A stretch of 11,528 nt of DNA from Candidatus Heimdallarchaeota archaeon. GTDB lineage: Archaea > Asgardarchaeota > Heimdallarchaeia > Heimdallarchaeales > Heimdallarchaeaceae. The notes beneath the pieces were generated by a model that ran no database searches, was not told the DNA's origin, and was given only the letters and a program-made list of their open reading frames with translations. The stretch lies in the NCBI GenBank assembly GCA_021399395.1, contig JAAFKJ010000121.1, positions 1-11,528 of the forward strand, read 5' to 3'. A program made the position numbers and the translations under genes. Positions 1-7,302 of this stretch are shown in pieces; position 1 is the first letter of the stretch, and each line of letters opens with the position of its first letter.

Positions 1-1004
1 CTTTTGTACAAATTACGCTTGAGTATTTCATTGGCTAGCTTCTTGATAAATGGGTTATTCTCTTCTTTTTGAGCAGAATAGTGTAGCTGTGTATAAATCA
101 CATCATCAGTTAAGGTCATGAGTGTTTTCCAATAAGGTTTGTCAGCAAAATCCTTGATGAAAGGTAAAACTTCTAACTTCTTTCCTTCTTCAAGCATCTG
201 CAAAATTTGTGATATGAACAGCTTCAACATGTATTCGTAACACCTTACAGTTTTGTGGAAATAAACCCTCGAAAATTGCATATATAGTGCGATAACAACT
301 TGTTCAACAGATTGGATTCCCTTTTCTCTAATAATAATCGCACCTTCATTAGTTAACTCCATTGTATCGAACAACCGTTCAAGATTATACAATCCAAAAG
401 AAACACCAGTTGCTACTGAATCTCTCATCAAGTAGTCCAATGAATCGGAATCTAGTTGAGAATTAATAATCTGATTGTTAAATGGTTTATCTTCTACACT
501 TATCCCTCTTATCATGTTTCCTACTTGTTTCAGATCATATCCTTCTTTATCTAAAATCTGAGCTATTTCGGATTCCTCATCCATAACAATTTGTTCGGAG
601 ATATTTTCATGTCGAATAAACAGTTCATACTTCTCAGCACATGTTTTGCTGTTTGAATTTTTACAAAGCAATCGGATAGTATCTTCAAACATATGGCTGA
701 ATGGACCATGACCAATATCATGAATTAAGGCAGTAAGACTCACTCTTCTGAGATCCTCTTTTGTTAATATCTCTGGATGTTTTTTATTGAGAAAGTTCCC
801 AATGCGATTAGCAACATGGTGGGCACCTAAACTGTGCATGAATCGACTGTGAGTAGCAGATGGATAGGAAATGGACACACCACCCAATTGTATAATTCTT
901 CTTAAACGTTGAAAAATCGATGTGTCAATAATATCTATGATGTTTTTCTCATAAATATCGATGTATTTGTGAACCTGATCTGCAATTGACTTGTAAACTG
1001 ACAT
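1..1004 (-). CDS. HD-domain phosphohydrolase, SAMHD1/YdhJ-like putative dNTP triphosphohydrolase (3'-partial, runs off window)
   Basis: Not in the ORF track; translated by hand from ATG at 1004: MSVYKSIADQVHKYIDI...FQRLRRIIQLGG...YPSATHSRFMHSLGAHH...ALIHDIGHGPFSHMFE...DSDSLDYLMRDS...VYFHKTVR...NEILKRNLYK. FQRLRRIxQLG, HSRFxHSLG, HDIGHGPFSH, DxxDYLxRD and YxHK are the hallmark motifs of the SAMHD1-like HD family. The segments at both ends are in the same frame. Confidence 0.93.
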   Translation of the reverse strand, partial: MSVYKSIADQVHKYIDIYEKNIIDIIDTSIFQRLRRIIQLGGVSISYPSATHSRFMHSLGAHHVANRIGNFLNKKHPEILTKEDLRRVSLTALIHDIGHGPFSHMFEDTIRLLCKNSNSKTCAEKYELFIRHENISEQIVMDEESEIAQILDKEGYDLKQVGNMIRGISVEDKPFNNQIINSQLDSDSLDYLMRDSVATGVSFGLYNLERLFDTMELTNEGAIIIREKGIQSVEQVVIALYMQFSRVYFHKTVRCYEYMLKLFISQILQMLEEGKKLEVLPFIKDFADKPYWKTLMTLTDDVIYTQLHYSAQKEENNPFIKKLANEILKRNLYK

Positions 1005-1025
1005 TGTTGGGGTACTACTATTTAT

Positions 1026-1042
1026 CTACATAACTTTTTGGT
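1026..1042 (-). promoter_or_regulatory. Putative archaeal BRE/TATA promoter for the HD gene
   Basis: The minus strand reads CCAAAAAGTTATGTAG, a purine run followed by a TTAT-type box about 25-30 nt upstream of ATG 1004. Confidence 0.4.
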
Positions 1043-1070
1043 ATAACGAGCTACTTGGACAGCTTCTGGA

Positions 1071-1086
1071 CAAATCTTATTATAAG
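1071..1086 (+). promoter_or_regulatory. Putative archaeal BRE/TATA promoter for the UDP-sugar dehydrogenase
   Basis: CAAATCTTATTATAAG lies about 30 nt upstream of ATG 1114, in the divergent intergenic region. Confidence 0.5.
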
Positions 1087-1113
1087 CAGTTTTTCTACCT
1101 AATTTTGAAGAAA

Positions 1114-2439
1114 ATGAAAATAGCAGTAATAGGAACGGGATACGTAGGACTTGTGGCTGGAGCTTGTTTTGCAAGCAAAGCTCACGATGTTATATGTGTT
1201 GATGTTATTAAAGAAAAAGTAGATAAAATTAATAGAGGAATCAGCCCTATTTTTGAAGAAGGTCTGGAAGATATGCTTCATGACCTTGTGCCTAGAAAGA
1301 AACTTAGAGCTACTTTGAACCTCAAAAAAGCTGTCTTAGAGTCTGAATTGATATTCATAAGTGTTGGAACACCCTCAAAAGATGAAGCAAAGTTTGATTA
1401 TACTTACCTTGAACAGGCAACTAAAGATGTAGGTTTAGCACTCAAGGAAGCAGATGATTACAAAGTAGTTGTTATCAAAAGTACATGTATCCCTGGTACC
1501 ACGATAAATCTTCTCAAACCTATATTAGAACAAATGAGCGGGAAAAAATGTGGAAAAGACTTTGGACTTGGATTCAGTCCCGAGTTTCTTAGAGAGGGAG
1601 TAGCTGTTTATGACTTCATGAATCCTGATAGAATTGTTATCGGAGGAGTAGATGATAAATCTATAGAGATGATTGAATCAGTTTTCATAAATTTCAATTC
1701 CCCAATTATGAACACAGACCCCACAACCGCTGAAATGATAAAAATTACTTCTAATTCATTCCTTGCCATGAAAATCTCTTTCATTAATGAAATGGCAAAT
1801 ATAGCTGAAAAAATCGGCAGTGATATCAAAGATATAGCAAAAGGAATTGGGATGGATAGTAGAATCTCTCCAAAGTTCTTAGGTGCAGGCCTTGGCTGGG
1901 GTGGTTCGTGTTTCCCGAAAGATGTTAGTGCTCTCTGTCAGCAGACAAAAGAAGTAGGAGTACCATCACTAATGCTCGAATCAACTATTGCAGTGAATAA
2001 GAAGCAACCTTTGCGTTCTATCGAATTGTTGGAAGAAGCTCTCGAGGACAATACTGTAAAAGGCAAAAAAATCGCTGTACTTGGATTAGCTTTCAAACCT
2101 AACACAGATGATATGAGAGAAGCTGTGTCTATTCCAATAATAAATAGTCTATTGGATAAAGGTGCAGAAGTTCATGCTCATGATCCAGCTGCTATGAAGA
2201 ATGCAAAAGAGATTTTCGATTCTCCAAATCTATTTCTAGAAGAAGATCCAATTCAAGCTCTATCAGATGCCGAAGGATGCATACTTGTAACAGAATGGAG
2301 GATATATGGGCAATTATCTCCTAAAACGTTTAAGGGTGCAATGAAAACCCCAATCTTAATTGATGGAAGAAGACTATTTGATTCTAAGAAAATGCGGACT
2401 AGAGGGATAAAATATTTCGGAATTGGTTTGGGAAAGTAA
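1114..2439 (+). CDS. ugd: UDP-glucose/GDP-mannose 6-dehydrogenase family protein
   Basis: Rossmann motif MKIAVIGTGYVG, plus VGTP, IKST, SPEFLREG, catalytic-Cys motif GWGGSCFPKD, LAFKPNTDDMREA and DGR near the C-terminus. ATG 1114 (MKIAVIG) is preferred over the ORF-track TTG at 1105. Confidence 0.95.
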   Translation: MKIAVIGTGYVGLVAGACFASKAHDVICVDVIKEKVDKINRGISPIFEEGLEDMLHDLVPRKKLRATLNLKKAVLESELIFISVGTPSKDEAKFDYTYLEQATKDVGLALKEADDYKVVVIKSTCIPGTTINLLKPILEQMSGKKCGKDFGLGFSPEFLREGVAVYDFMNPDRIVIGGVDDKSIEMIESVFINFNSPIMNTDPTTAEMIKITSNSFLAMKISFINEMANIAEKIGSDIKDIAKGIGMDSRISPKFLGAGLGWGGSCFPKDVSALCQQTKEVGVPSLMLESTIAVNKKQPLRSIELLEEALEDNTVKGKKIAVLGLAFKPNTDDMREAVSIPIINSLLDKGAEVHAHDPAAMKNAKEIFDSPNLFLEEDPIQALSDAEGCILVTEWRIYGQLSPKTFKGAMKTPILIDGRRLFDSKKMRTRGIKYFGIGLGK

Positions 2440-2455
2440 TTTCCCCGAATTCCAA

Positions 2456-4555
2456 TTATATATGATTTTTTAATACTATTTCCTTGTTGTAATCAGGAAT
2501 TAAAACATTTTTGTGCTCCTTTCTAAGTACTGAGTTGTCGGGGGTATGAACCATCACTTTTCTTCCCTTCAGTTGAGCAATAAAATCATTTAATCCTTGA
2601 GAATTTGTGTGCCCACTTATGGGAGCTGAAAAGACTTTCTGGTGATATCTTTGCTTTGCAATAGGTAGTGAATTTTGGAGTGCAAATCCTAAAGTGTTAG
2701 GAGCTTGATACCCACAAAGCAATACGCCTGTATTTGGGTCATCTTTGGTAGCATCGAGTAAGTTTCTTGCAGTTCCTCCTTGGAGCATGCCATGTCCTGT
2801 AACAACTATATCATTCTCCTCAAAATTGTTTAGCGAAACACCTTTAACAATGTCATAATTGCCCTTGATTCCCATAACTTTGGAAACGTCAGCTGCTAAA
2901 CCTGTAGTTTTAATATTCTTCTTTGTTGAAACTCTTAAGCGTTCTAAACGTCTTATCATTTCTTGAGTTCTTCCAACTGAAAATGCTGGGATGATTAACC
3001 TATCACAGTTTTCAGCTGCTTGTAAGATTACTGTGTTAGGATCTATATTCTCAGTCTTTCTGTTGTAATATGTACCATCAAATATGGTTACATCACTATC
3101 AACTGGGAATTTAGCTCCATTAAATAACTCACTTGAATCCAATGAAAAATCTCCTGTAAAGAATATACTTTTTCCAAATACATTGATTTTGTATCCTACA
3201 CTACCGAATATGTGCGAAGCGTGATAAGGCGTAACCTCAAAACCAGGACTCACTTCGACGGTTTCATTAGGCGTTAAGGGATTGAAAGCATTTGACAGAT
3301 TGATGATGTTGGAATTATTTAGATAAGCTGCTTGTAAGGGCGTAGCTTTCTTTTTAGTAATTCCATTCTTTCTTATGATTGAAGTAGTAGATTTATGCAG
3401 CTTCTCTGTTAGTATTTTGGTTGATTGTGTTGCATACCACATTTTACCGTTTTTAGGAGTAATTAAGTAAGGAAGTCCACCAGTATGATCTAAATGTGCA
3501 TGAGTTACGAGAACTGCTTTAACATACTTAAGTGCAGGATGCCATCTTGGTATAGAGTTATTTGCAACACTCATTCCAAAATCCATCAAAATAGCATTGT
3601 TATCATGTTGAACCAAGATTCCCATATTGCCGATATTTCCTCCTCCAAGGAAAGTAATTCTGATCTTTTGCGCGACTGAAGGACTGGAATAAGCATGCAT
3701 TGAAGCATATTCTTTTACTACCTCTCTAGGGAATTTAGATAATTTTTCCATTGAAACTGCTTTAGCGTCAATTTTGGAGAGGTGATTTTGTAAGATTGGA
3801 TCTACTACTGTAGGAACAATAGGAAACTTATCTTCTTTGTATTTAGCCTCAATCATCTTCTGAAATTCTGCCATAGAGGTTTTCTTTTCCAACCTTATTT
3901 CTGAACTTAAGGATTTTGAATAGAAATATGCTATTTCATTAAGTAAACCTTGGTCTATATGAAAGTCAAGATACTTAAAGAGTTTAGGTGAGATTGAACT
4001 TGCTATCTCTTCTAAATACTGCGATCGTGTTTTAAGATTAGATAGAATTCTGTCAACATCTTTTCCTATTGCTATGTCCTTTTCTGATAGAATATTTTTA
4101 GAAATGTTTTCTCGAGTTAATTTTGCATATTTTGAGAAGTTCTGAGGTTTAACACCCAATTTTCTTGTGAATCTTAAGAAGTTGTAATAGTTATATTTAA
4201 TTTTCTTTTTCTTAGAGTGAACCCAGAAACTATATACCAGAATCTCTTCTTCTAGAAGTAAATTTGTCTCCAGCTCTTGAAGAACTGATCTAAAAAGTTC
4301 GAAATTAATTGCATCTAACCAATATAGAGCAAATAAATAATATTCTGAAACTTCAGAGAAGTTCTCAGTTAATCCCACCCATGAAATATCAAAAATATTG
4401 ATTAAATTTGTATTTTTGCATATAAAATAGGGATCAGTACTGTTTTTTACAAAATCCCTACAATCATCGTAAATTTTCTGAAAGGTTTTGTTAAGTTTTA
4501 AATTTGGTTTTATTTTCATAATAAATTCCAAAAAAGTGGTCATATCGTTTGTCAT
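2456..4555 (-). CDS. Metallo-beta-lactamase/beta-CASP family nuclease (CPSF73/aCPSF-like) with long N-terminal extension
   Basis: The C-terminal ~400 aa carry ITFLGG, LMDFG, THAHLDHTGG (HxHxDH), HASHIFGS, FTGDF, DGTY (motif A), IIPAFSVGRTQE, GMLQGG, GYQAPNTLG, SGH (motif B) and VMVH (motif C). The N-terminal ~295 aa are unrecognised. Confidence 0.88.
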   Translation of the reverse strand: MTNDMTTFLEFIMKIKPNLKLNKTFQKIYDDCRDFVKNSTDPYFICKNTNLINIFDISWVGLTENFSEVSEYYLFALYWLDAINFELFRSVLQELETNLLLEEEILVYSFWVHSKKKKIKYNYYNFLRFTRKLGVKPQNFSKYAKLTRENISKNILSEKDIAIGKDVDRILSNLKTRSQYLEEIASSISPKLFKYLDFHIDQGLLNEIAYFYSKSLSSEIRLEKKTSMAEFQKMIEAKYKEDKFPIVPTVVDPILQNHLSKIDAKAVSMEKLSKFPREVVKEYASMHAYSSPSVAQKIRITFLGGGNIGNMGILVQHDNNAILMDFGMSVANNSIPRWHPALKYVKAVLVTHAHLDHTGGLPYLITPKNGKMWYATQSTKILTEKLHKSTTSIIRKNGITKKKATPLQAAYLNNSNIINLSNAFNPLTPNETVEVSPGFEVTPYHASHIFGSVGYKINVFGKSIFFTGDFSLDSSELFNGAKFPVDSDVTIFDGTYYNRKTENIDPNTVILQAAENCDRLIIPAFSVGRTQEMIRRLERLRVSTKKNIKTTGLAADVSKVMGIKGNYDIVKGVSLNNFEENDIVVTGHGMLQGGTARNLLDATKDDPNTGVLLCGYQAPNTLGFALQNSLPIAKQRYHQKVFSAPISGHTNSQGLNDFIAQLKGRKVMVHTPDNSVLRKEHKNVLIPDYNKEIVLKNHI

Positions 4556-4642
4556 TATAATGTCCTACTGAATTGTTAAATTTTAAAATATAAGCGTAAT
4601 GTACGTTGTTAATTGAATAAATAAGAAAGAACTTGAGAGATT

Positions 4643-5494
4643 CTATTCTTCTTCTTCTTTAGTGTCACTCTCAAGAAGACTACTGAAAGCGTCTCTTAAT
4701 TCGCCTTGTAAAGCTTCTTTCATTTGTTTTGTGGATCTTCCAGGTGCTGCTGGTGCAGCGGATGGTGTAAAGTCCTTCTCTTCATCATCATCGTCGGAGG
4801 TACGTGATGCTCTTTTTGCTAGTGCATCTTTAACTTCCATATTCAAAACCATAGAAGCTGGCATTGATCCGGTTTCTCCTGCAGCTTCTTGTCTTTCTCG
4901 TCGGTGTTCGTCTTGGTCTACTTTGGTTAAACCTGCTCGAACACCTTGAATGTCATTAGCACTAACACCAAAAGGACTGAAAGCTGGCGATGCTTCTCCT
5001 GGAGCTCCTGGTTCTCCTGGAACTGGTTCTGGTGCTTTCTGCAAACCAGCAGCTGCTTTCATTAAATCTGAACTACTAATTCCTCCACCTGTAGCTCCTT
5101 GAGCTCCTGAAGGTGCTGGAGCGCTACTTAAATCCGGTGCAGCTGATGAGAGATTGGGTGTGCTTGGCGCGGCAGAGAGATTGGGTGCACCTACTGAACC
5201 AGAACTTGCTGCTGCAACTGGTGCTGCAACTGGTGCTGCCGCTGGTGCTGCCGCTATTGGAGCTGCAGCTGGTGCTGCTCTAGCGGCTGGTGCTACTCCC
5301 CCTAATGCTCTTTCAACTGCAGTTATCCGTATGTCCAAAGAGTTAATAAAATCCTCCATCCTCTCTGTTGATTTTACCATTATTGCACCGAAATTTTCAA
5401 GCAATTTAGTAAGCTTCATAATGGCTTTTTTAGAGGGTTCTGCAGTACCAGATAAGAGACCGTCTAGATAATCATCAATTGACACTTGTATCAT
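4643..5494 (-). CDS. Hypothetical, largely disordered Ala/Pro-rich protein with N-terminal coiled coil, two WH2-like motifs and central/acidic-like segments (candidate actin regulator)
   Basis: Long ORF filling the gap between two real genes. The likely start is ATG 5494 (MIQVSIDD), preceded by GGAG and a TTTTATAT box, rather than the ORF-track 5539; GTG 5485 is also possible. The CDS is well supported; the function is an inference from the motifs described in the findings. Confidence 0.8.
   Translation of the reverse strand: MIQVSIDDYLDGLLSGTAEPSKKAIMKLTKLLENFGAIMVKSTERMEDFINSLDIRITAVERALGGVAPAARAAPAAAPIAAAPAAAPVAAPVAAASSGSVGAPNLSAAPSTPNLSSAAPDLSSAPAPSGAQGATGGGISSSDLMKAAAGLQKAPEPVPGEPGAPGEASPAFSPFGVSANDIQGVRAGLTKVDQDEHRRERQEAAGETGSMPASMVLNMEVKDALAKRASRTSDDDDEEKDFTPSAAPAAPGRSTKQMKEALQGELRDAFSSLLESDTKEEEE
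5117..5185 (-). repeat. Three degenerate intragenic peptide repeats P[ND]LS(S)A(A)P
   Basis: The translation reads PNLSAAP-ST-PNLSSAA-PDLSSAP, and the DNA shows GAGATTGGGTG twice. Confidence 0.7.
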
Positions 5495-5510
5495 GTAAAC
5501 TCCAAAAACG

Positions 5511-5526
5511 TGATATAAAAAGTCTA
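5511..5526 (-). promoter_or_regulatory. Putative TATA box for the Ala/Pro-rich protein gene
   Basis: The minus strand reads AGACTTTTTATATCA, about 20-28 nt upstream of ATG 5494. Confidence 0.5.
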
Positions 5527-5569
5527 TGATATTCCTCAAATAGTAAGATAAGAAATAAAATAGGATGTG

Positions 5570-6592
5570 CTATTTTAAGACTTCAGAAATGGAGTTGATT
5601 ACAGTTTCTACGTGCTCAGTAGTGATGCCAAAGTATGTAACCATCCTAAACAGCTGATCTCCCATATGAGTAACAAGTATCCCCTTCTTCTCTAATTTAT
5701 CAGAGACATCACTAGCTGATAGTTGACTCTCAGTGGTATCGACGATAACGATATTAGTATCTACTGGCTTAACTATGAAACTTTCAATTTCCTTCAGCTT
5801 CTCACCAAGCATTTGAGCATGTTTATGATCTTCTGCTAATCTGTCTATCATATTGTTAAGAGCGTAAATTCCAGGAGCAGCAATTATACCAGCCTGTCTC
5901 ATTCCCCCTCCTACAACTTTTCGATTTCTTCTTGCTTCATGAATAAACTTCTCTGTACCGACAATCAAAGAACCTATAGGACAACCTAAACCTTTACTCA
6001 AACAAATTTGAACACTATCAACATTCTCAACAATTTTAGCTGCAGGCATACCTGTTGCAACAGCTGCATTGAACAATCTAGCTCCATCTAGGTGAACGAG
6101 ACCACCATTGTCATGAGCTATTTCTGAAAGAGTATCTATATTCTCCTTAGGAATGATTTTACCTCCACCTCTATTGTGAGTGTTTTCAAGACATAGTAAT
6201 CTAGGAGTAACTCGATGAATGTTATAAGGATCAGTAAAAATAGCCTCTACATCATTTGGATTCATTAAACCGTTATCACCGTTAACAATTAGAGGATAAC
6301 CTCCACTTATCTGAGAAATTCCTCCGACCTCGTATAAATTAATATGACACTCTTTTTCTAGAACGACCCCATCTCCTCTGTGTAGATAAGACATATGTGA
6401 AACCAAGTTTCCTTGAGTGCCACTAGAAACTAACAACCCCGCTTCCTTACCAAGCATTTTTGCAATAAGTCCTTCCAGTTCAATTACAGTTGGATCTTCT
6501 TCCCAAACATCGTCTCCCAGTTGTGCATTCAATATTGAATCCATCATCTCTTTTGATGGAAGAGAAAAAGTATCAGAACGTAAGTCAATCAT
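5570..6592 (-). CDS. ltaE: Low-specificity L-threonine aldolase (PLP-dependent)
   Basis: MIDLRSDT, GDDVWEEDPTV, SGTQGN, LENTHN, HLDGARLFNA, PLP-lysine motif CLSKGLG and GGGMRQAG. The 340-aa length is typical for the family. Confidence 0.95.
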   Translation of the reverse strand: MIDLRSDTFSLPSKEMMDSILNAQLGDDVWEEDPTVIELEGLIAKMLGKEAGLLVSSGTQGNLVSHMSYLHRGDGVVLEKECHINLYEVGGISQISGGYPLIVNGDNGLMNPNDVEAIFTDPYNIHRVTPRLLCLENTHNRGGGKIIPKENIDTLSEIAHDNGGLVHLDGARLFNAAVATGMPAAKIVENVDSVQICLSKGLGCPIGSLIVGTEKFIHEARRNRKVVGGGMRQAGIIAAPGIYALNNMIDRLAEDHKHAQMLGEKLKEIESFIVKPVDTNIVIVDTTESQLSASDVSDKLEKKGILVTHMGDQLFRMVTYFGITTEHVETVINSISEVLK

Positions 6593-6613
6593 TGATTCAA
6601 GCAGAATTTATAG

Positions 6614-6630
6614 AGTTTTAAATCTTTACC
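6614..6630 (-). promoter_or_regulatory. Putative BRE/TATA promoter for ltaE, overlapping the upstream gene's stop codon
   Basis: The minus strand reads GGTAAAGATTTAAAACT, with TTTAAAA about 25-30 nt upstream of ATG 6592. Confidence 0.45.
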
Positions 6631-7196
6631 TTTTTCGTCCTCTTCTTCCTAAACATCGTCGGCATTAAAACTAAACAAAATAATATGGGTGTATATTCAA
6701 ATAACAAGGCTGTAGTAGTATTCTCAACTATTTCGATTTGGATTGTATCTGAAACACTCTGAATGTTATCAGCTGAAAGAGTAAAAGTTACATTCGCAAG
6801 ACCTATCTCAAGAAAAGTAAGATTACATTTAGCTATCTCTATTTCTCCGGGTGCGAGGTCAGTAATTGAACCCTCTAAGTATAATTCACCCTCACTAACT
6901 TTGACATTGGCATCGATTTTAACATTTTTAATTTCTGCCATAGAAAATTGACCGCTATTCTTAACAGTGATATTTACAAAGAGAGGCTGATTCAGGATTG
7001 CAGGAGAAGGATAGGTTTCAATTTTTATGATTTCGAGTATTGTCTCATTCTCAATGATATTTTCAGATAACACTAATCCATTTTCAAACTCCTCAGAATA
7101 ATCTGCTAAGCATACGGATGGAGCAATACTGATTGTTAATAGAATTATAAGAGAGATAAATGAAAAACTAAGAATGTAAACAGCTTTAGTTTTCAT
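6618..7196 (-). CDS. Secreted/surface protein with signal peptide, CARDB-like Ig-fold domain and C-terminal membrane anchor
   Basis: N-terminal basic plus hydrophobic signal (MKTKAVYILSFSFISLIILLTISIAPSVCLA), CARDB-like motifs (VNITVKNSG, LAPGE, NVTFTL) and a C-terminal TTT-ALLFEYTPILFCLVLMPTMF-RKKRTKK. The start could instead be TTG 7211. Confidence 0.7.
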   Translation of the reverse strand: MKTKAVYILSFSFISLIILLTISIAPSVCLADYSEEFENGLVLSENIIENETILEIIKIETYPSPAILNQPLFVNITVKNSGQFSMAEIKNVKIDANVKVSEGELYLEGSITDLAPGEIEIAKCNLTFLEIGLANVTFTLSADNIQSVSDTIQIEIVENTTTALLFEYTPILFCLVLMPTMFRKKRTKKVKI

Positions 7197-7265
7197 TGTT
7201 GTTACCTTCAATGTAATTATGTCTCTAGAACCATATGAATATATTGGAACTGAATAAAAATTCGA

Positions 7266-7282
7266 GAAAGAAACTTATAGGG
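7266..7282 (+). promoter_or_regulatory. Putative BRE/TATA promoter for the methyltransferase
   Basis: GAAAGAAACTTATAGGG, with TTATA about 24-28 nt upstream of ATG 7303 and no SD. Confidence 0.45.
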
Positions 7283-7302
7283 GTACGTATATTCGACTTT
7301 GT

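Noticed and set aside
1099-1829. Small minus-strand ORFs 1099-1281 and 1608-1829
   Set aside because: Antisense shadows of the well-supported ugd gene, with no recognisable motifs.
5200-5296. Repeated GCTGGTGCTGC/ACTGGTGCTGC units as a possible CRISPR or non-coding tandem array
   Set aside because: The units are short, in frame and lack unique spacers; they are explained by Ala/Pro low-complexity coding.
4662-5471. Plus-strand ORFs 4662-4949 and 5154-5471 (Ala/Gly-rich)
   Set aside because: Mirror frames of GCA/GCT/CCA-rich codons in the minus-strand gene, which has the start signals and the coherent motif structure.
4643-5494. Alternative identity as ribosomal stalk protein P1/L12 or a biotin/lipoyl carrier (Ala/Pro hinge plus acidic tail)
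   Set aside because: Too long for a stalk protein, the N-terminus does not resemble the P1/L12 dimerisation domain, the terminal GLxxLFG-type motif is missing and there is no EAMKM/lipoyl motif. Not formally excluded without a search.
5495-5539. ORF-track N-terminal extension MRNIIDFLYHVFGVY
   Set aside because: It starts at a TTG and overlaps the candidate TATA box and SD; ATG 5494 or GTG 5485 is more plausible.
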